12,306 bases of DNA from Oligoflexales bacterium (GCA_045105515.1 JBGCDR010000279.1:1-12306); one strand, 5' to 3'; positions 1-7,491 are shown, counted from the first letter of the stretch. The notes: generated by a model not told the origin, from the letters alone. Translations and numbers: made by a program.

Positions 1-96
1 AACGCAGCTTCTTCAAAGTTAAGAGTCAGAATTGATAAGCTTCGTGATGAAATAGGTTACGCAGCAGCAGGTCTTTGGAACTATAAAATAACATAA
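1..96 (+). CDS. C-terminal fragment of a probable IS5-family (ISL2/IS702-like, DDE_Tnp_4-type) transposase, partial at the window edge
   Basis: Frame 1 is open from base 1 to TAA at 94-96 and reads NAASSKLRVRIDKLRDEIGYAAAGLWNYKIT*. The R-x-R...D...(A/C)AGLWN(Y/F) ending resembles ISL2-group transposase C-termini as I recall them. It is not in the supplied ORF track. Confidence 0.65.
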   Translation, partial: NAASSKLRVRIDKLRDEIGYAAAGLWNYKIT

Positions 97-137
97 ATTA
101 AGCTACCAAAGGGTTTTATCAATTGTTAGACAACTCT
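1..137 (+). mobile_element. Right end of a probable IS5-family (ISL2 group) insertion sequence; terminal repeat about 120-137, candidate target site ATT at 138-140
   Basis: The transposase-like C-terminus is followed about 25 nt later by CAATTGTTAGACAACTCT|ATT, resembling IS702-like termini. The junction falls where the minus-strand host protein departs from the expected FCVM motif (GTA AT|A GAG...). The left end lies outside the window. Confidence 0.6.
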
Positions 138-850
138 ATTACACAAAAGTCATTGGTCCCGTAAACTGGGTTACCAGGAACCATAATCCAACTTCCTGGT
201 TCACCTAGGTAGTTACATACATTAGATTCTGAAGTATTGGAGGAACTTTTTGCAACTTGATCTTCTGAAGTTTGGTTATCAGAATTGATTTCAACCATTG
301 GATCAAGAATTACAGATTCTCCTCCATCAGAAGCTTGTTCTGGAGAAGGACTCGCCTCTGGTGTAGGTGCAAGTTCTTCATAAAGAATGACAGTGGATAA
401 ATATTCAGAATCTGATTCTTTAACTTTATTACCTTCAATACTTTTTAAGGAAATATTGATATCACTTAGTTCATTAGAAGCAACTTTGATTAAGAAAGTT
501 CCATCTTTCTGAGGAGAAAAATCCAATATTAAGCTTTGCCCATTATCATTTTGAATAGTAAGATCAGAGGCAGATAAGCCTACATCTTTTAAAATTGAAC
601 CCTCTTTTTCTAAGTAGCATGATATTTCAACAAAACTATCTTTTGTATTTGTCGTTGCGATGTCACAAGTAAGGCTTGCTCCTGTAACCATTGCAGGAGG
701 AACGCTTTCTTCTTCTAAGTCTGTTTTTACTGCAGAGGTATCTTGAGCAGCTTCAGTCTCTGTAGAGGATATTTCACCAACAAATGAAGACAATACACTT
801 TGTCCACAACCGGTGATAAGCAGTACTGTAAGCACACAAAAAACTCGCAT
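119..850 (-). pseudogene. Lipoprotein, probably truncated by IS insertion at the start of an FGE-sulfatase/CLec-like domain
   Basis: Signal peptide with lipobox (MRVFCVLTVLLITG-C) and an S/E/P-rich linker, then CNYLGEPGSWIMVPGNPVYGTNDFCV. This resembles the recalled C...VPG...YGTxDFCVMKYEAK opening of SUMF1/FGE-like domains. The final IELSNN* is read largely from the IS end. Confidence 0.65.
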
Positions 851-890
851 AAGAAAATCTCTGATATTATTAAATTCCTATTAATAAACA

Positions 891-918
891 GTTTCGTAGA
901 ATTACCATCTTAACTTTA
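891..918 (-). promoter_or_regulatory. Possible sigma-28 (FliA)-like promoter for the 119..850 lipoprotein
   Basis: The minus strand reads TAAA-N16-TACGAAAC (TAAAGTT in the -35 region), 40 nt upstream of the ATG. The -10 box is degenerate versus GCCGATAA. Confidence 0.3.
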
Positions 919-1221
919 ATACATATTTTTTATTATGAAATATTTATATAATCACAAGTATTTATTGGGTTTATTTTATTCACTTAATGCAACAATACAA
1001 AGTAATAAATTGAAAATTATTTAAAAATACTCATCTTGAAACATCTGTTTCCGGTCTAAATAGGGTTTTGGGCTAATGAAATAGATGTGCCCTGAAGTCA
1101 GCTCATGGCAGCAATGAAGCAGAAATGAGGCTTCTTGCTAACATTCTTAATACAGCTGCTCTAGTTCCAAACGACCTAAGATTCTCAGGATCAAAAGTTA
1201 CAAGGTTTTAAAGAGATAAAA

Positions 1222-1274
1222 ATCAGGTTACCTTAGCAAGGTAAGTATCAGGCTACCTTAGTAAGGCAAGTATC
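1222..1274. repeat. 25-bp tandem direct repeat (2 copies plus ATC), each unit with an internal palindrome
   Basis: ATCAGGTTACCTTAGCAAGGTAAGT (1222-1246) and ATCAGGCTACCTTAGTAAGGCAAGT (1247-1271) are 22/25 identical. Unit 1 contains the perfect inverted repeat TTACCTT-agc-AAGGTAA. Confidence 0.9.
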
Positions 1275-1286
1275 TAGAATCTTAAA

Positions 1287-1292
1287 AAGGAG
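1287..1292 (+). promoter_or_regulatory. Shine-Dalgarno sequence of asnB
   Basis: AAGGAG lies 7 nt before the ATG at 1300. Confidence 0.8.
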
Positions 1293-1299
1293 TTCATCA

Positions 1300-3225
1300 A
1301 TGTGTGGAATCATTGGCATTTTTGGCGATGGCATCAAGACAAAACAAGATCTAATTTCCCCAGCCCTAGCCTCCTTGAAACATCGAGGTCCTGATGAAGA
1401 AGGTGTTTGGTTTAGCTCTGATCATCGCGCTGTCTTGGGACACACTCGTTTGAGCATCATCGACCTTCCTGGAGGTCACCAACCTTTAATTAGTCCCGAT
1501 GGTGCAATCGCAGCGGTGGTAAATGGAGAACTTTACAATTATCAAAGTATTCGCACAGAACTACAAGAATGGGGCTGTTCTTTTAAAACAGACTCTGATA
1601 GCGAAATCTTGTTAGGCTTATACGCAAGGTATGGTATCAGCTGCTTAGAGCATATGCGAGGCGAGTTTGCTTTTATCCTGTGGGACAAAAGAAATCGTTG
1701 GACTTTCGCTGCAAGGGATCGTTTTGGCATAAAGCCACTATTTTATGCAATCCATGAAGATAAACTGTGCCTAGCTTCTGAGGTTAAAGCTTTAAAAGAG
1801 CTTGGTGTACCAATGGCATGGGATCCAGTGCAGTTTTACCAAGCAATAAATATGGCGCCCAGCATCGAAGGAAGCCTTTTTCAAGGAGTCAAGCAAATAG
1901 CTCCTGGGCATTATCTAGTCAAAAGCTGGGATGCTAATGACCTGCACCTACAAAAGTACTGGGACTTCAACTACCCAAAAGGTCACGAGCGCAAGAATAT
2001 TAGTGAACAAGAAGCAGTGGAAGGTTTTCAAAGCTTGTTCAAAGAAGCCATTAGTTTAAGGCTTAGGGCCGACGTACCAGTCGCCTGCTATTTAAGTGGT
2101 GGGCTAGATTCCTGCTCAATTTTAGGTTTTACTCAAGAATTATCTCCCCAGACAGTTCATTCATTTACCCTAACCTTTAGCCATGATGAATATAATGAAG
2201 CCAAACAAGCCGAGGAAATGGCTAATTTCGCTGGTTCACCTTATCATCCCATTCCGATATCACAAAAGGAGATTGCCGAAAATTGGGACCAGGCAGTACT
2301 TAAGGCAGAAAGGTTCTTATTCAATGGCCATGGAGTTGCAAAATATTTGCTAAGTAGGGCAGTGCATAATGCTGGATTAAAAGTGGTATTAACGGGTGAA
2401 GGCTCAGATGAAATATTTGGTGGTTATGCTCACTTTCGCCAAGACGAAATCATCCATGGAAATCAATGGTACGAGCATGAAAGAAAAGAAATACTAGCAG
2501 AGCTTGCAGCTAGAAATAAGGTTTCACAAGGCCTTCTATTAGGAAACTCCGAATCAGAAGAACAGACTCAAATCATTGCCCGCTTGGGTTATGTACCTGG
2601 TTGGTTCAAAGGTTTCGCTGACCAAAGGCAGCTAAGCCAAAAGATACTTTCTGATGATTTTTTGAATCAATATCAATGTCGAAATCCTCTCTTATATTTA
2701 CTCACACAGTTTGACTTTAACCAAATTTCGGATAGAGAAAAGCTAGATCAATCTCTATATCTCTGGTCAAAAGCTGTCCTGCCTTACTACTTACTTACTG
2801 TTCTCGGAGATCGGATGGAAATGGCTCATTCAATCGAAGGAAGATTACCTTTTCTTGATCATAAAGTGGTCGAGTACGTTGTGAACATGCCTCCCCAATA
2901 TAAGATTAAGAAATTGACGGAAAAATACCTTCTCAGAGAAGCTGCAAAGCCCTTTATCACCAAGACGATCTATGAACGACAAAAACATCCCTTTTTGGCT
3001 CCTCCTAGCCGTGCTGAAAACCAAACACCTCATATGGTCGACCTGATAGAAGATACCCTTCGTAGTAAAAGCTTGGGAGATATTCCTTTTATTGATCAAT
3101 CCAAGGTTATTAAATTTTTAGATCAGCATATGCAATCAAAAGAGGTAAACATGTCTGAAGATATTAATTTGCTTAACTTAGTCAGTGCCGCTTTCATTCA
3201 AAAGGGATTTGGAATGGTTTATTAG
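1300..3225 (+). CDS. asnB: Asparagine synthase (glutamine-hydrolysing) family amidotransferase
   Basis: N-terminal MCGI (Ntn nucleophile Cys), HRGPD, LGHTRLSIID, NGELYN, RDRFGIKPLFY, PP-loop LSGGLDS, LTGEGSDEIFGGY, DRMEMAHSIEGRLPFLDH and EKYLLRE; 641 aa, full length. Confidence 0.95.
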   Translation: MCGIIGIFGDGIKTKQDLISPALASLKHRGPDEEGVWFSSDHRAVLGHTRLSIIDLPGGHQPLISPDGAIAAVVNGELYNYQSIRTELQEWGCSFKTDSDSEILLGLYARYGISCLEHMRGEFAFILWDKRNRWTFAARDRFGIKPLFYAIHEDKLCLASEVKALKELGVPMAWDPVQFYQAINMAPSIEGSLFQGVKQIAPGHYLVKSWDANDLHLQKYWDFNYPKGHERKNISEQEAVEGFQSLFKEAISLRLRADVPVACYLSGGLDSCSILGFTQELSPQTVHSFTLTFSHDEYNEAKQAEEMANFAGSPYHPIPISQKEIAENWDQAVLKAERFLFNGHGVAKYLLSRAVHNAGLKVVLTGEGSDEIFGGYAHFRQDEIIHGNQWYEHERKEILAELAARNKVSQGLLLGNSESEEQTQIIARLGYVPGWFKGFADQRQLSQKILSDDFLNQYQCRNPLLYLLTQFDFNQISDREKLDQSLYLWSKAVLPYYLLTVLGDRMEMAHSIEGRLPFLDHKVVEYVVNMPPQYKIKKLTEKYLLREAAKPFITKTIYERQKHPFLAPPSRAENQTPHMVDLIEDTLRSKSLGDIPFIDQSKVIKFLDQHMQSKEVNMSEDINLLNLVSAAFIQKGFGMVY

Positions 3226-3345
3226 CGGTACAAAAATGCGATGAATGGGCGTTTTATTTTTCTGAACATTTCCTTTTAGAGCTTTAATAAATTTGTTTTA
3301 TTAGTCGATATTATATTGAATTAATCCGGCCCGTGAGGAATTGCT

Positions 3346-4479
3346 ATGCCCTCTATTTCCCAGAAAAATCGCTCACTACAAGATTTTATTACCAATGCTC
3401 GAACTTGGGTAACTGAAATCCAGCCAGAAATCCTTAAACTTCAACTAGAGTCGCCCCCCCCTCCTTTAGTTGTAGATGTCAGAGATGCCGAAGACTTTCG
3501 CCAAGGCCATATTTCCAAAGCCATAAATCTGCCGCGTGGCTCCTTGGAGATTGAAGTAAGGGACAGAATTCCCGAATTTCATCAAAATATCATTTTATAC
3601 TGTGCTGGTGGAACTCGTTCCCTTTTAGCTGCTACCACATTAAAAGAGATGGGTTATAAAAGCGTTTTCTCCCTAGCCGGTGGGGTAAAAAAATGGCTCC
3701 AGCTTAATTATCCGCTCAGTAAAAGTCCCCAGTTGAACCAAGAAAGACTTGAACGTTATCGTAGGCATCTCCATATCCCTGAAATAGGTGAGCCGGGACA
3801 ATTGAAACTCCTTGGAAGCAAGGTCCTTGTTATTGGCGCTGGCGGCCTTGGTTGTCCTAGTGCTTACTACTTAGCCGCAGCGGGCATCGGAACTTTAGGC
3901 ATTATAGACTCTGATAAAGTGGAGCTTTCTAACCTTCAGCGCCAGATTCTTCATAGTACCGATCGTATCGGAATGAGTAAGGTAGAGTCTGCTGCCTGGA
4001 CCTTACGAAACTATAATCCAGATATACACCTAAGGACTATGAATGCCCGTTTAGATCATAGCAACGCAGAAAAAATTATAAGTGACTATGATTTGATAAT
4101 AGACGGAAGTGACAACCTTACAACACGCTACCTCGTAAACGATACCTGCTTGGAATTAGGCAAACCGTGGATTTATGGTAGCGTGTACAGATTTGAGGGT
4201 CAATTGAGTGTATTTACCCCTGGGAAAGGGAATCCCTGCTATCGCTGCCTTTACCCAAGTGTTCCAGCACCTGGAATGTCCCCTTCTTGTGCCGAAGCTG
4301 GAGTCTTAGGAGTATTACCCGGCATCATAGGTTTATTGCAAGCAGGAGAGGCCATCAAACAATTAGTAAATCTTGGACAAAGTCTATCTGGAAGATTACT
4401 GACTTTTAACAGCAAAGACACATCCTTCAAGGAGTTCAAACTCAAGAAAAGAAGTGACTGCTTGTTTTGTAACTACTAG
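3346..4479 (+). CDS. moeB: Rhodanese-MoeB/ThiF fusion (sulfur-carrier adenylyltransferase/sulfurtransferase)
   Basis: N-terminal rhodanese domain (VVDVRD, GHISKA, active loop YCAGGTRS, LAGG), then RYRRHL, GAGGLG, DKVELSNLQRQ, DGSDN, zinc motifs CYRC and CLFC, and SCAEAGVLG. A GAGGA RBS lies upstream. Confidence 0.92.
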   Translation: MPSISQKNRSLQDFITNARTWVTEIQPEILKLQLESPPPPLVVDVRDAEDFRQGHISKAINLPRGSLEIEVRDRIPEFHQNIILYCAGGTRSLLAATTLKEMGYKSVFSLAGGVKKWLQLNYPLSKSPQLNQERLERYRRHLHIPEIGEPGQLKLLGSKVLVIGAGGLGCPSAYYLAAAGIGTLGIIDSDKVELSNLQRQILHSTDRIGMSKVESAAWTLRNYNPDIHLRTMNARLDHSNAEKIISDYDLIIDGSDNLTTRYLVNDTCLELGKPWIYGSVYRFEGQLSVFTPGKGNPCYRCLYPSVPAPGMSPSCAEAGVLGVLPGIIGLLQAGEAIKQLVNLGQSLSGRLLTFNSKDTSFKEFKLKKRSDCLFCNY

Positions 4480-4502
4480 TTGGTGAAAGCTTTCAAGCCT
4501 GC

Positions 4503-5540
4503 TCAATCTTCGATCTTAAGACTAGCTGTAATATAATCTTCACCAGGTGAGCTTTGTTGGGAGCAAAAGCGATTACTGCAGTAGTATGCTATGTTGAAGC
4601 TAGAAACAAGATCTGCAACAGTTTGCCAAGTGCTCGGAGTCGTAGTAAATTTTACCGTATTTTCTAAGTCAAAGTCGATAGTCCAAACCTTACTGGAATC
4701 AGATATAACTCCATAATCTACAGTCAGAGGAGTCTGTAAGTTTATGGTAAAAAGTCCATAGTTCGGGTTTCCTGGCCCCGTATCACCAACTTCTAACAGG
4801 GTTTTAACCCTTGAGTCCTGTAAAGGACCTGAAGGCCTGGTGCTATAATTACAAACACTACTATCACACCAAGTGAATTTAACGGCATCCGGCAGTCTAA
4901 CTAACTTGTCTTTGATTTGCATGGTATCATCGACATCATCAGAATCAGCTGTTGCGCGAAAAACTGTTCTAATCACAAAAGGTCCCCTTAAGCCTTCATC
5001 CAAATCTGGAAATTCAATAGTAGCATCAATATAGTCAAAAAATGATTCTATCCTTAAAATAATAGGATTTTCAGGCATTTGATCTTCTACAGGAATAGAA
5101 ATCAGACCAGAAAACTTTGTTTGCTCCAAGAGATTAAAGATCAAGGTACCCTCTGGATGCCCAGCTTCAGAGGGATCATTGATAATATCTTCAGAATCAG
5201 CTAGAAAAGTCATGTTATATCCATGACTCATCTCAGGTGATTTGCCGCCTTCTTCTTCATCTCCTGATTCATTACTTTCGCGATTACTTGTCTCATCATT
5301 GGAAAGCATGGCCCCAGCTGCAAAGATTCTACCCTCTAAATTACTTGGGCTACATTTAAGTGAAGAGGCATCGCAAGTTTGAGAGACTAGTGATGATTGA
5401 GAATTAGTAAGCTGAGTGTTATTGCCTACCACGACGCCCCCTCCCTCATCATCATCTTCAGGTTTGCAGAATGTCAGACTCCCAGCTGCAAAAATCAAAA
5501 GCAAAAACTTTAATAGATAAACCCGTTTTATTATTTCCAT
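4503..5540 (-). CDS. Hypothetical exported protein, probable lipoprotein
   Basis: 345-aa ORF with an AGGAG RBS. A basic plus hydrophobic N-terminus ends in SLTF-C and is followed by an acidic/Gly linker. It has three close Cys pairs (CDASSLKC, CDSSVC, CSNRFC). No family recognised. Confidence 0.75.
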   Translation of the reverse strand: MEIIKRVYLLKFLLLIFAAGSLTFCKPEDDDEGGGVVVGNNTQLTNSQSSLVSQTCDASSLKCSPSNLEGRIFAAGAMLSNDETSNRESNESGDEEEGGKSPEMSHGYNMTFLADSEDIINDPSEAGHPEGTLIFNLLEQTKFSGLISIPVEDQMPENPIILRIESFFDYIDATIEFPDLDEGLRGPFVIRTVFRATADSDDVDDTMQIKDKLVRLPDAVKFTWCDSSVCNYSTRPSGPLQDSRVKTLLEVGDTGPGNPNYGLFTINLQTPLTVDYGVISDSSKVWTIDFDLENTVKFTTTPSTWQTVADLVSSFNIAYYCSNRFCSQQSSPGEDYITASLKIED

Positions 5541-5753
5541 AGCATCTCCTCAATTACTCTTGTACGAACAAATTTTTAATCCCATTTACTATCTATTGTA
5601 CGCAAAAAAGCTCATAAATATATAAGTCCATAAGATTACGTATTTAATTGGGTATCATTCAAGTACTCAATGGATCATATAGTATTACGTAAGATGTGAA
5701 TAAGTAATTGAAAATTTTTTAGAGAATCTTGCCTTTAATTCAAGCAAGGAGGA

Positions 5754-5990
5754 TCACTTTTTTGCTTTGTTTGATTTAGGAGATTTGGGATAGCAAAATA
5801 TCTTACTTTCAAGGTCTTTCTTACAAGTTCCATTAAGCATCTTTTCTTTAATTTTAACGGAACAAGCATCTTCACGTTTTTTATTCATGCATGCTCTATA
5901 GTGGGACTCGGGCTGCTTTGGATAGGATTGTCCAGTTCTGGCAACAGCAAAAACTAACAAGACACCACAATATAGTTTTAAATGGTTCAT
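5754..5990 (-). CDS. Small secreted protein with four patterned cysteines
   Basis: GGAGAGGAG RBS and a signal-peptide-like N-terminus. The mature region has C-x8-C-x12-C-x9-C (ACMNKKREDAC...GTC...FCYP) and a Lys-rich tail. Confidence 0.75.
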   Translation of the reverse strand: MNHLKLYCGVLLVFAVARTGQSYPKQPESHYRACMNKKREDACSVKIKEKMLNGTCKKDLESKIFCYPKSPKSNKAKK

Positions 5991-6035
5991 GGACTCTCCT
6001 CTCCATCTACGACAAAGTCAATACGGCTAGACTAT

Positions 6036-6062
6036 AGATCGGCCTAGCTAAGATATACTTGT
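6036..6062 (-). promoter_or_regulatory. Possible sigma-28-like promoter for the 5754..5990 gene
   Basis: The minus strand reads ACAA-N15-GCCGATCT, 45 nt upstream of the ATG and just downstream of the upstream gene's terminator. Confidence 0.4.
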
Positions 6063-6103
6063 GGATCAAAACTATAAAAAACTGATTTTATTTCAGAAAG
6101 TAT

Positions 6104-6137
6104 AAAAAAGTTAGCTTAGTATGCCTAAGCTAACTTT
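6104..6137 (-). terminator. Intrinsic (rho-independent) terminator of the 6201..7430 gene
   Basis: Perfect 13-bp inverted repeat AAAGTTAGCTTAG-tatgc-CTAAGCTAACTTT (6107-6137). On the minus strand the stem runs into a T6 tract. Confidence 0.85.
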
Positions 6138-6200
6138 GACGTCTAAGACGACGTGGGGGTAGTTATGGGGTATGGATAATTTGGATACAGATCTTTATTT

Positions 6201-7430
6201 TTACTCTTCTTCAGCGCTTTTATCTGCATTTTGATTTGCTACAGCACTTCTAATTCTTTGTTTTGCTTTTTTAACTCTCTTAACTAGTTCACTTTTTGGG
6301 CTGTCGAAATCGCAACCAGCAAGCTCAAGCTCAAGCTCTTCGGTGATTTCTTGGCCTTCTCCATTAGTGAACGTAATGGTTTTCGTTGCTTCGGCCAAAT
6401 CTATCACAAAGCTACGATCTGGCACTTCTGAACCAGCTAAATAGATCTCTCCAGAGATAGTACCAGCAAGCGGCTCACATCCTTGAGCATACTCAAACTT
6501 AGCATTGTCGTAACTCAAGTGAATGCTGCCACCATCTTTGTGAGTTCCGATCGTACTGCCTGAGACAATCGTTCTTTCAAGCCATTGCTTTGTCTGTCCA
6601 TCACGAGTTACAGCCACAACAAGAGGAGCGTCTTCAGCAGTTACCAGGCTGATAGTATCAATTTTAGAATTGCCTTCCTGATCTGGGCGAGTAAGTGTAG
6701 ACTCAGCAGAAAACGAGATGGTTTTTTGCAAACTGATACTATTGTTTTCTTCATTGACGACTACGCTATCCCATGAAACTTCTCGACTCCCAGCTGTAAT
6801 TGCACTATGCAAGCGAGTTTCTAGGACATTAGCCTCAGCATCTGTTTTCGTCATCGAACGAGAAAACTCTTTGCTAAATTCAGCACTAAGTTTTACTCCT
6901 TCAAAATCTACGAGCGGGTAAGAAATATGGGTAGCATCCTCATTACATGGTATTTCTGCTCCGTCAGCCTTCGTCCACTTGCGGGTAATGTTGGTAGCTT
7001 TTGTAAAACCACCAGCAAATGAAAATTCTCCACGATCTTTTTCGAAAGATTTTGAAAATTCCCTTGAAATGCTCACTTCAGTACTGTCATCCCCAACCGT
7101 GCAGTCCCTATCTTGCTCTCTGGTTCCATCTAATGATGCAGTTAGCATTAAACCAAGGCCGGAGCTTATATCCATGTTCATGGTAGATGACAAAGCTTCT
7201 CCAGTCTGACTAGAAATATCAGAGCTTGCTAAGCTCGAGTCACTGACAAGGTCTGCTGAAGAGCTTGACTCTATACTAGACTGTGAAGAGCTCGGCTCTA
7301 CATTAGACTGTGTTGTGGTTTCATTTGCTTGCCGATCCTGCCCGCTTTCGCCGCCTGCATTGTCAGTACCTCTACATGCATAAAACGCTGATGCTATTAC
7401 TATTAATCCAATTGAATAAGAAGTTTTCAT
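6201..7430 (-). CDS. Hypothetical lipoprotein with a Ser-rich linker and a predicted beta-rich body
   Basis: 409-aa ORF with a GGAG RBS and lipobox AFYA-C. It has a long Ser-rich tether, Thr/Ser/Val-rich strand-like segments, four further Cys and a basic C-terminal segment. No family recognised. Confidence 0.8.
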   Translation of the reverse strand: MKTSYSIGLIVIASAFYACRGTDNAGGESGQDRQANETTTQSNVEPSSSQSSIESSSSADLVSDSSLASSDISSQTGEALSSTMNMDISSGLGLMLTASLDGTREQDRDCTVGDDSTEVSISREFSKSFEKDRGEFSFAGGFTKATNITRKWTKADGAEIPCNEDATHISYPLVDFEGVKLSAEFSKEFSRSMTKTDAEANVLETRLHSAITAGSREVSWDSVVVNEENNSISLQKTISFSAESTLTRPDQEGNSKIDTISLVTAEDAPLVVAVTRDGQTKQWLERTIVSGSTIGTHKDGGSIHLSYDNAKFEYAQGCEPLAGTISGEIYLAGSEVPDRSFVIDLAEATKTITFTNGEGQEITEELELELAGCDFDSPKSELVKRVKKAKQRIRSAVANQNADKSAEEE

Positions 7431-7491
7431 TTTAGTATTCTCCGTTTGTTAAGTTAGCTGCCCCATGAGGCAATCAATCAAGTTACTTAGC

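Noticed and set aside
1222..1274. Mini CRISPR array
   Set aside because: The two units are directly adjacent with no spacer, and no cas genes are present.
1125..3225. Lasso-peptide cluster (AsnB-like cyclase plus short precursor)
   Set aside because: The AsnB keeps its N-terminal Cys glutaminase domain and canonical motifs, no B1/B2 proteins are present, and the 28-aa ORF lacks a convincing leader and ring-forming Asp/Glu position.
3232..3261. Terminator after asnB
   Set aside because: AAAATGC...GCGTTTT followed by a T-rich tract gives only a weak stem with few G-C pairs, so it is not supportable as a terminator.
4484..4495. Palindrome TGAAAGCTTTCA between convergent genes
   Set aside because: It is 12 bp with no loop or U-tract, and is expected by chance in a window of this size.
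5560..5692. Repeated TTGTACG (5560, 5596) and ATTACGTA motifs upstream of the 4503..5540 gene
   Set aside because: The 7-8 bp matches in AT-rich DNA are too short to separate from chance, and I could not fit a promoter or operator model.
6060..6189. DnaA-box-like 9-mers (TGTGGATCA, TATGGATAA) suggesting a replication origin
   Set aside because: There are only two one-mismatch boxes, separated by a terminator, with no origin-associated genes nearby.
6321..6338. (AAGCTC)3 microsatellite
   Set aside because: It is an in-frame hexamer encoding ELELEL within the lipoprotein, so it cannot shift the frame and is too short for a contingency locus.
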